Source of the DNA: Actinomycetota bacterium
Lineage (GTDB): Bacteria; Actinomycetota; CADDZG01; JAHWKV01; JAOPZY01
Assembly (NCBI GenBank): GCA_036495025.1
Contig: DASXNO010000026.1
Location: 1-53,359, forward strand
Direction: 5' to 3'
Length of the DNA: 53,359 bases
Shown here: piece after piece, positions 8,108-17,930 of the stretch
How positions within the stretch are numbered: position 1 is the first letter of the stretch
Layout: each line of letters starts with the position of its first letter
The notes under the pieces: generated by a model
What the model saw: the letters and a program-made list of their open reading frames with translations, nothing else
Told to the model about the DNA's origin: nothing
Database searches by the model: none
Made by a program: the position numbers and the translations under genes

Positions 8108-9073
8108 GTGCCACGGCGTGACTCTGGGTTCGCCGGCCACGCGGCCGGCGACCGGGACGTCGGCCGGGACGTCAAAAGCCAGGACGTCGACGAAATGACT
8201 CGAGCGGCAGGTCGGGGGGGAACCAGCATGGAGAATCCGCAAGACCCGAGCACCTCGCGCACGCCCGCTCCGGTCGGCGTGCTGAGCCCCGACACCGTCG
8301 GCACCGGCACCGGGTCGCGCTCCGGTTCAGGCCGAGGATCAGATCCCGGACGAGAGGACGGCCGCCACCGTCCCGGCCCACCCCCGCCCCCGGCTCCGCC
8401 GGTGGTCCCGGAGGGGTCCGGTCCACGCCGGCGCCGCCCACGCAAGCTGGCGGCGTTCCTGCTGCTCACCATTGCCGCCGCCCTCGTGCTCGTCGCTGTC
8501 GGCGTGGGGGGCTACCCCTTCTACACCGACTTCCAGGCGGCCCGGCACCAGCGGGCACTGAAGAGCCAGCTCGATCAGGCGGCAAAGAACGGGGCGGACC
8601 GGACGAAGCTCCTGGACCAGTACAAGAACCGCTCCTTCGCCGTCGGCAGCCCGGTGACACGGATCCTCATCCCCAAGCTGGGGGTCGAGACCGTCGTCGT
8701 CGAAGGTACGTCTGATGAAGCTCTCGCCGCCGGGGCTGGCCACTACCCGCAGAGCCCGCTTCCGGGTGATGCGGGCAACGTGGCGATCGCGGGGCACCGT
8801 ACGATGAACGGCCACCCGTTCGGCGACCTCGACAAGCTCGTCCCGGGCGACCAGGTCATCCTGCAGACCCCCTTCGCCACGTACAACTACAAGATCGTCC
8901 CGGGCTTCGACGGGCACGCCAATCCCTGGGCCACCAGCCCGGAGGACTGGACAGTCATCTCCGTCACGACCCAGTCGCACCTGCTCACGCTGACCACCTG
9001 CAACCCCAAGGGTCAGCAGACCCAGCGACTGGTCGCCCGCGCAGAGATGGTCTCGTCGCAACCTGGCACATGA
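8108..9073 (+). CDS. Sortase (class E-like), copy 2, with a Pro/Gly-rich N-terminal extension
   Basis: Motifs IPKLGVETVVVEGTSD, AGHRTMNGHPF, LTLTTCNP and QRLVARA. The start is uncertain, with alternative ATGs at 8195 and 8228. Confidence 0.88.
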   Translation: MPRRDSGFAGHAAGDRDVGRDVKSQDVDEMTRAAGRGGTSMENPQDPSTSRTPAPVGVLSPDTVGTGTGSRSGSGRGSDPGREDGRHRPGPPPPPAPPVVPEGSGPRRRRPRKLAAFLLLTIAAALVLVAVGVGGYPFYTDFQAARHQRALKSQLDQAAKNGADRTKLLDQYKNRSFAVGSPVTRILIPKLGVETVVVEGTSDEALAAGAGHYPQSPLPGDAGNVAIAGHRTMNGHPFGDLDKLVPGDQVILQTPFATYNYKIVPGFDGHANPWATSPEDWTVISVTTQSHLLTLTTCNPKGQQTQRLVARAEMVSSQPGT

Positions 9074-10197
9074 TCCACCGGGCCTCCGCCGCGCAGCGCT
9101 GGCTGCTGCTCGCAGCCTGCGCCGTGGTGGTCGCCGCAGCGGCTGCGGCCGTGCCGGCGTCCGCCGCTGCCGACCCCTGCACGAGCACGCAGACCTCCCA
9201 GCTCGACGTCTCCATCACCATCTGGCAGCCGGCCCCCGACACGCCGGCCGCCGATGCCCACCGGTGCACTCCCCCGTCGGGATCGACCCTCACCGGGTCC
9301 TGGAACATCCGGCTCGATGCCCTGAGCCTCTCGTCGCTCAAGAGCTTCTCGGTGAGCATCGCTCCGGTGGACCCGTCCATTCCGGGCCTCCCGCCCAGCG
9401 CCACGACGTCACGGACCTATCCCCTCGTCGTCGTCGGCAACGGGAAGATCGGCGACACGATCGAGATGCCCTGGGACACCGGGTCGATGCGGTACAACGG
9501 GACCTACCAGATCTCGGCCACCGCGGTCTCGATGCTGAACAGCACCACCCATGCCGTGGTCGGCGACCTGCGCATCAACAACCCTCCCGCCCAGCCCCCG
9601 GGTGCATCGGCAAGCCTGGACGGCACGGTGCCGGTGCTCAACTGGACCGCCAACTCCGAGCCTGACCTGATCGGCTACCGGATCCTGCGCTCCTCGAATG
9701 GCGGAGCCTATGCCCCCGTGGGGACGTCGCCGGGCAACAGCTTCCGGGACACCAAGGCGCCGCAGGGCCAGCCGTTGAAGTACGAGATCGTGGCGCTCCG
9801 CGCATCGCCGGTCGATGCCAGCGGCATCGCCTCGGCGGCATCGCTGCCCAGCGGCGCCATCGTCGCGGCCCCGCCCCCGGCAACGCCGGCCGCTGCGGCC
9901 CCGGCCCCGGTCACGAGGGCAACGACAGGGTCGACCTCCAACAACGCCCCCGCCCAGGATCCCTCGAGCACGTTTGCCCCGACCCTGCCCTTCGCCCAGG
10001 CGGTCCCCACGTCCACCGCCACGCTGCCGGACGCCCCGGCTCCCAGCGGCGCCGCAGCCCTCCCGGGTGAGGGCGGCGGCTACGCCAAGACCACCCTGGC
10101 CCACAAGCTGCCGTACCTGGCGACGGCCATCTTCGTCGTCCTGGTCGCCTTCATGATCTTCCAGTACGCCCGCCGCCTCCAGAAAGGCGACGCCTGA
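9070..10197 (+). CDS. Secreted Ig-like + fibronectin-type-III protein with Pro/Ala stalk and C-terminal TM anchor, copy 2
   Basis: ATGA start/stop overlap with sortase 2. Signal peptide ...VPASAAADP. FN3-like NNPPAQPPG...LNWTANSEPDLIGYRILRS...SFRDTKAPQGQPLKYEIVALRASP. C-terminal TM followed by ARRLQK. Confidence 0.8.
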   Translation: MIHRASAAQRWLLLAACAVVVAAAAAAVPASAAADPCTSTQTSQLDVSITIWQPAPDTPAADAHRCTPPSGSTLTGSWNIRLDALSLSSLKSFSVSIAPVDPSIPGLPPSATTSRTYPLVVVGNGKIGDTIEMPWDTGSMRYNGTYQISATAVSMLNSTTHAVVGDLRINNPPAQPPGASASLDGTVPVLNWTANSEPDLIGYRILRSSNGGAYAPVGTSPGNSFRDTKAPQGQPLKYEIVALRASPVDASGIASAASLPSGAIVAAPPPATPAAAAPAPVTRATTGSTSNNAPAQDPSSTFAPTLPFAQAVPTSTATLPDAPAPSGAAALPGEGGGYAKTTLAHKLPYLATAIFVVLVAFMIFQYARRLQKGDA

Positions 10198-10214
10198 GGG
10201 GGTTCCCGAGGTTC

Positions 10215-10229
10215 GTCGTCTATCGCGCG
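10215..10229. repeat. Half-copy (B) of the thi-associated palindromic element
   Basis: GTCGTCTATCGCGCG is the exact reverse complement of 12582-12596. The two copies bracket the riboswitch-thiOSG unit. Confidence 0.5.
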
Positions 10230-10276
10230 GCCTATACTTCGTCGAGCACTCGGGGAGCTTTCCTTCTCCCCGGCCC

Positions 10277-10358
10277 CTAGTGGGCTCGGGGAGAGAGGCT
10301 GAGAGGTGGGTTCGCCCACGACCCGTTGACCTGATCGGGACAATGCCCGCGAAGGGAT
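10277..10358 (+). promoter_or_regulatory. TPP (THI-box) riboswitch controlling thiO-thiS-thiG
   Basis: CUCGGGGAG...GGCUGAGAGG(10299-10304 CUGAGA)...ACCCGUUGACCUGAUCGGGACAAUGCCCGCGAAGGGA matches the conserved THI-box core. The 3' GAAGGGA overlaps the likely SD, 9 nt before the thiO GTG. Boundaries are approximate. Confidence 0.85.
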
Positions 10359-10365
10359 GTGATCG

Positions 10366-11552
10366 GTGGAGACCATTGTGGTCGGGGGCGGTGTCATCGG
10401 CCTCGGGATCGCCTGGCGCCTGTCCCAGCGTGGCCGCGAGGTCCTCGTCCTCGACCGGGCAGAGCCGGGTTCGGGCGCCTCGTACCACGCCGCCGGGATG
10501 CTCGCCCCGATCACCGAGGCAACCTTCGGCGAGGACGCCCTCCTCCGCCTGAACCTGGCCAGCGCCGCGGCCTACCCGGCCTTTCTCCGGGATCTTGCCG
10601 CTGCGACCGGGCGCTCGCTGCACTCTGGTGCCCCCGGGACCCTCTTCGTCGCCCTGGACCGCGACCAGCTCGAGGCCCTCGAGCGCCTCTACGAGTTCCA
10701 GCGCGGGCTCGGCCTCCCGGTGGAGTGGCTCCCGGGCAGCCGGTGCCGGGAGCTCGAGCCGGCCCTGCACCCGGCGGTGCGCGCCGGCATCGGGACCGAG
10801 GAGGCCGAGGTCGACCCGCGCGCGCTCACCGCCGCCCTCGGGCACGCGGTGGCCGCAGCGGGGGGGCGGGTCCGCAGTGGCGCCGAGGTCGCCGGGCTGC
10901 TCTGGACGGGTGACCGTATCGCTGGGGTGGTGCTCACCACCGGCGAGGAGATTGCCACCCCCAGCGTGGTGCTGGCGGCCGGGTGCTGGTCCGGTGGCAT
11001 CGCCGGTGTGCCGAGGGAGGTGGCGGATGCCGTTCGGCCGGTGAAAGGCCAGATCCTCCGCCTGCGGCCCCGCCCCGGCGAGGCCCTCCCGATCCGCCAC
11101 CTCCTGAGGACCGAGGACGTCTACCTCGTTCCCCGGAGCTCCCCGGCGCGCGGCGACGAGATCGTCGTAGGGGCGACGGTCGAGGAGCAGGGGTTCGACA
11201 CCTCGCTCACCGGCGGCGGTGTCTACGAGCTGCTGCGGGCCGCCATCGACGTGGTCCCGGGCGTCCGGGACATGGAGCTGGCGGAGGCATCTGCGGGCCT
11301 GCGGCCCGGCAGCCGTGACAACGCTCCCCTGCTCGGCCCCGTGCCCGGCCCCCCGTTGGGCCCCGGGTCCGATCGAGGGTCCGATCGAGGGTCCGATCGA
11401 GGGGAGGCCGCCGGCCTCGTGGTGGCGACCGGCCACCACCGCAACGGCATCCTGCTCACCCCCGTGACTGCCGACGCTATCGCCTCGGTGGTCTGCGAGG
11501 GCACGGTTCCCGAGGTCGTTGCCCCCTTCCGTCCCGACCGGTTCGCCCGCGC

Positions 11553-11562
<10 letters not shown>
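10366..11562 (+). CDS. thiO: Glycine oxidase (FAD-dependent), thiazole biosynthesis
   Basis: N-terminal dinucleotide fold VVGGGVIGLGIAWRL..G..V.VLDR. DAO-family length. Sits directly upstream of thiS-thiG and behind the TPP riboswitch. Confidence 0.88.
11365..11400 (+). repeat. Perfect 3 x 12-bp in-frame tandem repeat (GGGTCCGATCGA) inside thiO, encoding (GSDR)x3
   Basis: Read directly from the sequence. In frame with thiO ((11365-10366) is divisible by 3). Confidence 0.9.
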
Positions 11563-12538
<976 letters not shown>

Positions 12539-12558
12539 ACCTGAGGGCCGGCCACGAG

Positions 12559-12596
12559 GATAGTCCGCGATCGCGCAAATACGCGCGATAGACGAC
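12559..12596. repeat. Palindromic element copy C (7-bp stem hairpin 12570-12589) between convergent thiG and the TetR gene; possible bidirectional terminator
   Basis: GATAGTCCGCGATCGCGCAAATACGCGCGATAGACGAC. Related to 1981-2018 (29/38) and to 10215-10229 (15/15, inverted). Confidence 0.6.
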
Positions 12597-12633
12597 TAAC
12601 CTCCACGTCCGACCCCTGCCGGGGCAGCGGGAG

Positions 12634-13296
12634 CTACCGAACCTCTCCCTCGCTGCCGGGGTCGTGGGGCAGCTCCCCCATCAGCGGCGCCAGCATGGGG
12701 GCCAGCTTGCCCGCGGTCTCGAACAGGGCCTCCGCCCGGGAGTGGTCGTGGTCGAGGTGCGAGAGCAGGTCGACGCCGAGATAGAGCGCGATGATCCCGA
12801 AGGCCAGCGGCCGGGGCTGGATGACGCCGCCGAGCAGGCTGCCGAGCAACGACCCGGCCAGCAGGTCGGAGAGCTCGTCCTCGACCAGCTCGACCCACGG
12901 CTCCATGCGGGCCACGACCTCGGGTCCGAGGTCGGGCCTCGCCAGGCTCCCGGCGATCAGCTCCGAGATGATGGTGATGTGGCCGGTCTGCAGGTCCTCG
13001 CGGTACAGATCGGTGGCCATGCGAATCCGGTCCTCGATCGTGCCCGGGCGCCGGACCGCCTCCCGGTACCGGGCCATCCGCTCGGCGCTGGTGCGGTCGA
13101 GGGCCGCGAGGAGCAGATCGTTCAGCGTCCCGAAATGGTAGAAAATCAGCGCCTGGTTGAAGTTACCCCGCCGGGCGATGGCTCGGGCGCTGGTCCCCGC
13201 AAACCCCTCCTCCTTCAGGGTCTCCAGGGCAGCCGCGACGATCCGCTCCTTCGTCGTCGCAGGTAACTGGTCACTTTGAGCGGATGGTTTGAGCAT
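12634..13296 (-). CDS. TetR/AcrR-family transcriptional regulator
   Basis: HTH region TKERIVAAALETLKEEGFAGTSARAIARRGNFNQALIFYHFGT. ATG 13296, with GGAGGAG upstream, is preferred over TTG 13332. Confidence 0.88.
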   Translation of the reverse strand: MLKPSAQSDQLPATTKERIVAAALETLKEEGFAGTSARAIARRGNFNQALIFYHFGTLNDLLLAALDRTSAERMARYREAVRRPGTIEDRIRMATDLYREDLQTGHITIISELIAGSLARPDLGPEVVARMEPWVELVEDELSDLLAGSLLGSLLGGVIQPRPLAFGIIALYLGVDLLSHLDHDHSRAEALFETAGKLAPMLAPLMGELPHDPGSEGEVR

Positions 13297-13403
13297 TTGC
13301 TCAATACTCCTCCGATCACGTCGCTCTGTCAAGACATCGCGAAGGTGTCGGTCCGTACTCGCTAGCTTTCAAAAGATGCATTCGCCATGACAGGTCCGCT
13401 AGG

Positions 13404-14483
13404 ATGCCCCAGGAACGGAAGGGGGGAGGTCCTATTAGAGGCTTCGTCGTCAGTCTGCTCGCCGTAGGGTTGTGGCTCGTCGTCATCGCCGCAGTCGCAT
13501 GGATGGTGCACGCAACGCCCGACTCCAACCGCAGCATCCAGCGCTTCCGCAAGGCTCGCCGGAGCCTTGCGCCGCAGGGTCGCCGCCACCGGGCACCAGC
13601 GCCGTCAAGGTCAGAGACGTCCACCGTGGTCGTGATGGCAACGCAGCGCCGGAGCCGTAGCCACCGCGTGATCGACCTGCGGGAACGCGACCCCGACCCC
13701 CGCCCCGCACGCTGGCCGGCCGACGGCTGGTCGCTCGGCAGCGTCGCCCCGAGCGGTCCTCGCATCGCGTGGGCGACGTCGGGCCCTTCTTCGTCGGTGC
13801 GGACCGACGCCCCGGTCGAGGTCGAGGCCTCCCGTCCTGTGCGCCACGAGGTGGATCGCCCGTCGAGGCCCGAGGCCGCCCGGAGTGCCCGCCCCGGCCC
13901 CGGGCGCATGTCCCCGCGGCCCACGTCCTCCCTACCGCCGTTGCCCCCGCTGCCGAAGTCGAACGTTGCCGCAAGGAACCAGCCGCGGAGGCCTGAGGCG
14001 GCCGTCAAGGCGCCCGACCGGAAGCCGGCGGCGCCGAGGCCACACGTGGCCGGGCCCCGAGGGGGCGTTCCAGCACGCCAGCCCGCTTCAGCACGCCAGC
14101 CCGCTTCAGCACGCCAGGCAGCCCTGGGGCGCCAGGCAGCCCCGCGGCCCGCGCCCAAACCGGTGGCGAGAGAACCGGTCCGGAGGGGCTCGCTCGACGA
14201 GCGCCGCTCTACCGCCACCGGCCAGGCGGCGCGCCCGGCGGCGCCGGCTGAGGGCTCCGGGCGCTGGCGGGTCATCGACCTGACGCCCGAGCCGAAGCCA
14301 AAGCAGCGCTCGATCCCGGCTCCGCCACCCGCACGCATGCCCGGTGGGCGCCGGGAAGCCGACGTCCAACGTTGGGGGCTCGCCGCAGGGGCCGAGGCGC
14401 AGGGCGCACCCGGGCCGATGCCTGCAGTCTTCAGGCTCGACCCGCTGCACGCTCGCAACGGGTCAGGATCGCGCGCCCGATAG
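13404..14483 (+). CDS. Hypothetical membrane-anchored, Arg/Pro-rich, probably disordered protein
   Basis: One N-terminal TM (FVVSLLAVGLWLVVIAAVAWMV). Third codon positions are GC-rich in this frame. Internal 18-bp tandem repeat at 14073-14117 (ARQPAS x2.5) and a recurring RVIDL motif. Divergent from the TetR gene. No known domain recognised. Confidence 0.5.
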   Translation: MPQERKGGGPIRGFVVSLLAVGLWLVVIAAVAWMVHATPDSNRSIQRFRKARRSLAPQGRRHRAPAPSRSETSTVVVMATQRRSRSHRVIDLRERDPDPRPARWPADGWSLGSVAPSGPRIAWATSGPSSSVRTDAPVEVEASRPVRHEVDRPSRPEAARSARPGPGRMSPRPTSSLPPLPPLPKSNVAARNQPRRPEAAVKAPDRKPAAPRPHVAGPRGGVPARQPASARQPASARQAALGRQAAPRPAPKPVAREPVRRGSLDERRSTATGQAARPAAPAEGSGRWRVIDLTPEPKPKQRSIPAPPPARMPGGRREADVQRWGLAAGAEAQGAPGPMPAVFRLDPLHARNGSGSRAR

Positions 14484-14503
14484 GAGGCTCCGGCGGGAGA
14501 CGG

Positions 14504-15397
14504 GTGCTCGTCGGCACCGCCTCCTGGACCGACAAGTCCCTTGTGGAGAGCGGGCAGTTCTACCCCCCCGAGGCCAAGAAACCTGAGGACCGGCTCCGCT
14601 ACTACGCAAGCCAGTTCCCGATCGTGGAGGTCGACTCCACCTATTACTACCCCCCGACCGAACGCAACGCCGCCCTCTGGTCGGAACGTACACCCGCAGA
14701 GTTCACCTTTCACGTCAAGGCCTACTCGCTGCTCACCCAGCACCCCACCCGCCCAAACTCGCTCGCCGAGGACCTCCGGGCGGAGCTGCCGGCCGAGCAC
14801 CGCGACAAGCGCTTCCTGTACGCGTCACACCTCCCGGCCCACGTCGTCGACGAGGTCTGGGAGCGATTCCGGGACGCGCTCATGCCCCTGCATTCCGCCG
14901 GCAAGTTGGGCGCGATCCATTTCCAGTTTCCGGAGTGGTTCCTGCCCGGCAAGGAGAGCCGCGCCTACATCCTCGAAGCGGTCGAGCGCCTGCCCGATTA
15001 CCGGATTGCGGTCGAGTTCCGCAACGCCACCTGGATGAACGAGCGCAATGCAGAGCGCACCCTGGGCTTCCTCACCGAGCATCGCATCCCGTATACCTCC
15101 GTCGACATGCCCCAGGGGTTCCGCTCGAGTATGCCCCCGGTGGCCGCTGCGACCGCACCCGACCTGGCCTACGTCCGGTTCCACGGCCGCAACGTCGAGG
15201 AGTGGAAGCGCAAGCACGACACCGCCACCCCACGGTTCGCCTACCTCTACACCGAGGACGAACTGGCCGAGTGGGTGCCAAGGATCCAGCAGCTCGCCAG
15301 CGAGACCCAGGAGGTGCATGTCCTGATGAACAACTGCTACCGGGACTACGCGGTCGTCAACGCGCGCCAGCTCGCAAGCCTGCTGACCGAGGAATAG
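14504..15397 (+). CDS. DUF72 (YecE/UPF0759) family protein
   Basis: VLVGTASWTDKSL...FYP......RL.YYA..F..VEVDSTYY is a typical DUF72 N-terminus. GTG 14504 is chosen, just after the stop of the preceding gene, with GGGAGA upstream. Confidence 0.8.
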   Translation: MLVGTASWTDKSLVESGQFYPPEAKKPEDRLRYYASQFPIVEVDSTYYYPPTERNAALWSERTPAEFTFHVKAYSLLTQHPTRPNSLAEDLRAELPAEHRDKRFLYASHLPAHVVDEVWERFRDALMPLHSAGKLGAIHFQFPEWFLPGKESRAYILEAVERLPDYRIAVEFRNATWMNERNAERTLGFLTEHRIPYTSVDMPQGFRSSMPPVAAATAPDLAYVRFHGRNVEEWKRKHDTATPRFAYLYTEDELAEWVPRIQQLASETQEVHVLMNNCYRDYAVVNARQLASLLTEE

Positions 15398-15413
15398 GGC
15401 AGGAGCCTGCGCT

Positions 15414-15971
15414 ATGCAGCATGGGGAGGCGCTCCGGCTGCACCAGGGTCTCGGAGGGGTGGTGCATGCACTCTTCGCAGCGTTCGGAGGAGGCGGGTTG
15501 GAGCTGTCCCCCGCCACCCAGGGTCCGCCCGACGACGCGGTGCTCGGCATGGTCACGACGCCGAAGGAGTTCGTCCCCGCGGCCGCGGCCTCGGGCGCAC
15601 GGTTGGAGATCCATGCCGTGCAGGACCTCGAGGGCCTCGAGGATGCCCGGCAGGTGGCAATCGCCGGCGATGGGAGCGGCCCGCTGCTGGCGCTGTACGA
15701 GCCCGAGGTCGCGGCGATCCCGGGGGTCAGGATCTACGTGGGACGAGTGGAGGGCCGGCCGGTCACGACGGCCACGGGCTGGACGGCCAACGCGGCGACC
15801 GGCATCTTCCAGGTGGCGACGCCGCCGGCCCACCGCCGGCGCGGGTACGGCGGGGCCGTCACGAGCCGGGCGGTCCTCGATGGGTTCGCCGCAGGCGCCG
15901 ACCTGGCGTGGTTGCAGCCGAGCCCCTCCGGCGAGCGGCTCTACCGAAAGCTGGGCTTCCGCCAGGTCTGA
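15414..15971 (+). CDS. GNAT-family N-acetyltransferase (probable)
   Basis: C-terminal acetyl-CoA motif region: VATPPAHRRRGYGGAVTSRAV...LQPSPSGERLYRKLGF. Confidence 0.65.
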   Translation: MQHGEALRLHQGLGGVVHALFAAFGGGGLELSPATQGPPDDAVLGMVTTPKEFVPAAAASGARLEIHAVQDLEGLEDARQVAIAGDGSGPLLALYEPEVAAIPGVRIYVGRVEGRPVTTATGWTANAATGIFQVATPPAHRRRGYGGAVTSRAVLDGFAAGADLAWLQPSPSGERLYRKLGFRQV

Positions 15972-15995
15972 GCCCGCTTGCAGCCTGGGACTCCG

Positions 15996-16607
15996 CTACG
16001 GCAGGGCGTTGGCGGCGGGGACGGCGTCGGTCATCAGCCAGGTCCCGTTGCGCAGCTCCAGGGTCTCGGTGAACTGCACCGGATCCCGGCCCGGGACCGT
16101 TGCGATGAGTGCTCCCGACTCGCCGTACTCCGGATAGGGGTCGATCTTGTCCGTCACCCGGAGGATCGCCGCGTTGGCGGTGGCCAGTTCCACCTCGACC
16201 GCCGTCACCTGCATCCCCGCCCCCCCGAGGGTCTCGTGGGTGGCGAGCAGGCGGTCGATGGTCGCCTTCACCTGGGTGAAGCACTGGCAGTGCTCGGAGT
16301 AGGCCTGAGAGAGGAGGTCCACCCGGCGCTCCCGGACTGCCTGGTTGGCGACGTCGTAGATGTGTCGCATGACGCCCTCGAACTCTGCCTGCCTCGGGTT
16401 GACCACCGTAGGTTTGCTCTGCGGGCTGAAGCCGAGCAGGCCCTTCGGGCCGACCTCGACGAGGATCGTCACCCCACCGAAGACCAGGAGGCAGGCGAGG
16501 AAGATGGCGGCCCCATGGCGGCGCAGCCAGGAGCGGTCGAGCTTTTCCTCGTCGTCGCTGTCGATGCCCGGGTGGTAGCCGCGCCCGGGCGGGTCCTGGA
16601 CCCTCAC
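15996..16607 (-). CDS. Hypothetical single-pass membrane protein, last gene of the tad operon
   Basis: 4-nt overlap with the upstream tadG-like gene. TM segment AAIFLACLLVFGGVTILV. No domain recognised. Confidence 0.6.
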   Translation of the reverse strand: MRVQDPPGRGYHPGIDSDDEEKLDRSWLRRHGAAIFLACLLVFGGVTILVEVGPKGLLGFSPQSKPTVVNPRQAEFEGVMRHIYDVANQAVRERRVDLLSQAYSEHCQCFTQVKATIDRLLATHETLGGAGMQVTAVEVELATANAAILRVTDKIDPYPEYGESGALIATVPGRDPVQFTETLELRNGTWLMTDAVPAANALP

Positions 16608-17065
16608 GACGACCTCGCAGCAGCGGTGGAGCTCACGTGGAGGGACACGGGCCGGTCGCCGAGCAGCAGGCGCAGCAAGAGCAGGTGCACCTGTCCGTCC
16701 GCGCTCACCGTCACCTCCGATCGATCCTGCGCGACCACGATGTCCACGCTAGAGACTACTAAAGAGCCCTTGTCGGCCTGGGTCGCGATGCTCGCCCGTG
16801 CCCGCCCGGCGGCGTCCGCGGGGTCGAGCCGGACCAACCCGCGACGGGCGGCATCGAGATCCAGGCCGGCCGCTCCCGCCAGCGACGCCGAGTCCGCGAG
16901 ACCGGCGAGGGCCTGGCGCTGCGAGAAGACGCGCCACAGATCCAGGCTCACGCCCCCGAGGACGACCAGCAGGAGGCAGAGCCCCAGGAGCCAGATGGTG
17001 AGGAAGCCCCGGTCCTCCTCAAGGCGCCGTGTTGGCCCGCACCGTATCGGGTGACTGGTCTTCAC
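16604..17065 (-). CDS. TadG-like (Tad_N) pilus assembly / pseudopilin-like protein
   Basis: N-terminus DRGFLTIWLLGLCLLLVVLGGVSLDLWRVF..RQ.L...ADSASLAGA is typical of the TadG N-terminal domain. Overlaps its neighbours by 4 nt. Confidence 0.75.
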   Translation of the reverse strand: MKTSHPIRCGPTRRLEEDRGFLTIWLLGLCLLLVVLGGVSLDLWRVFSQRQALAGLADSASLAGAAGLDLDAARRGLVRLDPADAAGRARASIATQADKGSLVVSSVDIVVAQDRSEVTVSADGQVHLLLLRLLLGDRPVSLHVSSTAAARSS

Positions 17066-17517
17066 GGCCCGCTGCGATAGGGGTCGACGCGCTCCGAGAA
17101 CGAAGCGGTCAGGGGGAACGAGCCAACGCTGCCGAGGAACGGGATCGAGACCGCGGGGGTCTCGACGGTGACCCTCGCGGTGACGAGGCCGCCGCGGGCG
17201 AAGCTGGACCCCGGCTCCCAGGACACCCTGAGGTCCCTGGCGGGGTCGAGGCCGGCGTCGGCGACCACCGTGCCGGCGGCGGCCGCACCCTGCTCGGGCG
17301 AGTCGGCGATCACGCCGGTGCGGGCCGCCTGCTGGGCGGCGAGGCGGGCAAGGTTCTGGCGGGCGAGCCAGGTCGGCAGGGTCAGCACGATGAGGGCGAC
17401 CGGCAGGACGAGCACGGCCAACCCCAGGACCAGCTCCAGGGAGACATAGCCGTGCTCGGCACCGAGGCCGCGGTGGGCGGCTCCACGAACTCCACGGCCG
17501 TGACGGGTTGAGGTCAC
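17062..17517 (-). CDS. TadE-like pseudopilin
   Basis: G/YVSLELVLGLAVLVLPVALIVL resembles a prepilin-type N-terminus with Glu at +5. GTG 17517 forms a GTGA overlap with the upstream stop. The track ORF extends to 17583. Confidence 0.7.
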   Translation of the reverse strand: MTSTRHGRGVRGAAHRGLGAEHGYVSLELVLGLAVLVLPVALIVLTLPTWLARQNLARLAAQQAARTGVIADSPEQGAAAAGTVVADAGLDPARDLRVSWEPGSSFARGGLVTARVTVETPAVSIPFLGSVGSFPLTASFSERVDPYRSGP

Positions 17518-17930
17518 GGTGCGGGCTCGACGGCGGCGGTGGCCGTCGAGGTGAACGACCAGTCGGGCATCGGCCTCAGCCACGCCTTGAAGCGCCCCCT
17601 CGCACTGGCGTCGAGCCGGCCCCCGGTCTGCGTGCAGGCGATCGAGACGCCGGCGCCCATCGAGCCCTCCCGGCCACCGAGGAGATCGGTGATGACCTGC
17701 TGCGCGGCAGCCTGGCAGGACGCCACGGGGGTCGCCGTCCGTGCGCCCTGCCGGACCCCCTGGTCGACCGCCGCGCGGACGACGCCCTGGCCGTACTCGA
17801 AGACGATGAGGTTGGTGATCGCCACGAGCACGACCATGGAGATCAGCACCGCCATGACGTATTCGATGGTGACGAAGCCGCCACTCCCATCTCCGCCCGG
17901 ATCCGGTCGACTAGTGCATCGCTCGCTCAA
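17514..17930 (-). CDS. TadE-like pseudopilin
   Basis: GG/FVTIEYVMAVLISMVVLVAITNL resembles the G/xxxxEY Flp-type processing motif. The start is uncertain: TTG 17930 is the only in-frame start candidate upstream of the motif that I checked, and the track ORF extends to 18092. Confidence 0.65.
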   Translation of the reverse strand: MSERCTSRPDPGGDGSGGFVTIEYVMAVLISMVVLVAITNLIVFEYGQGVVRAAVDQGVRQGARTATPVASCQAAAQQVITDLLGGREGSMGAGVSIACTQTGGRLDASARGRFKAWLRPMPDWSFTSTATAAVEPAP

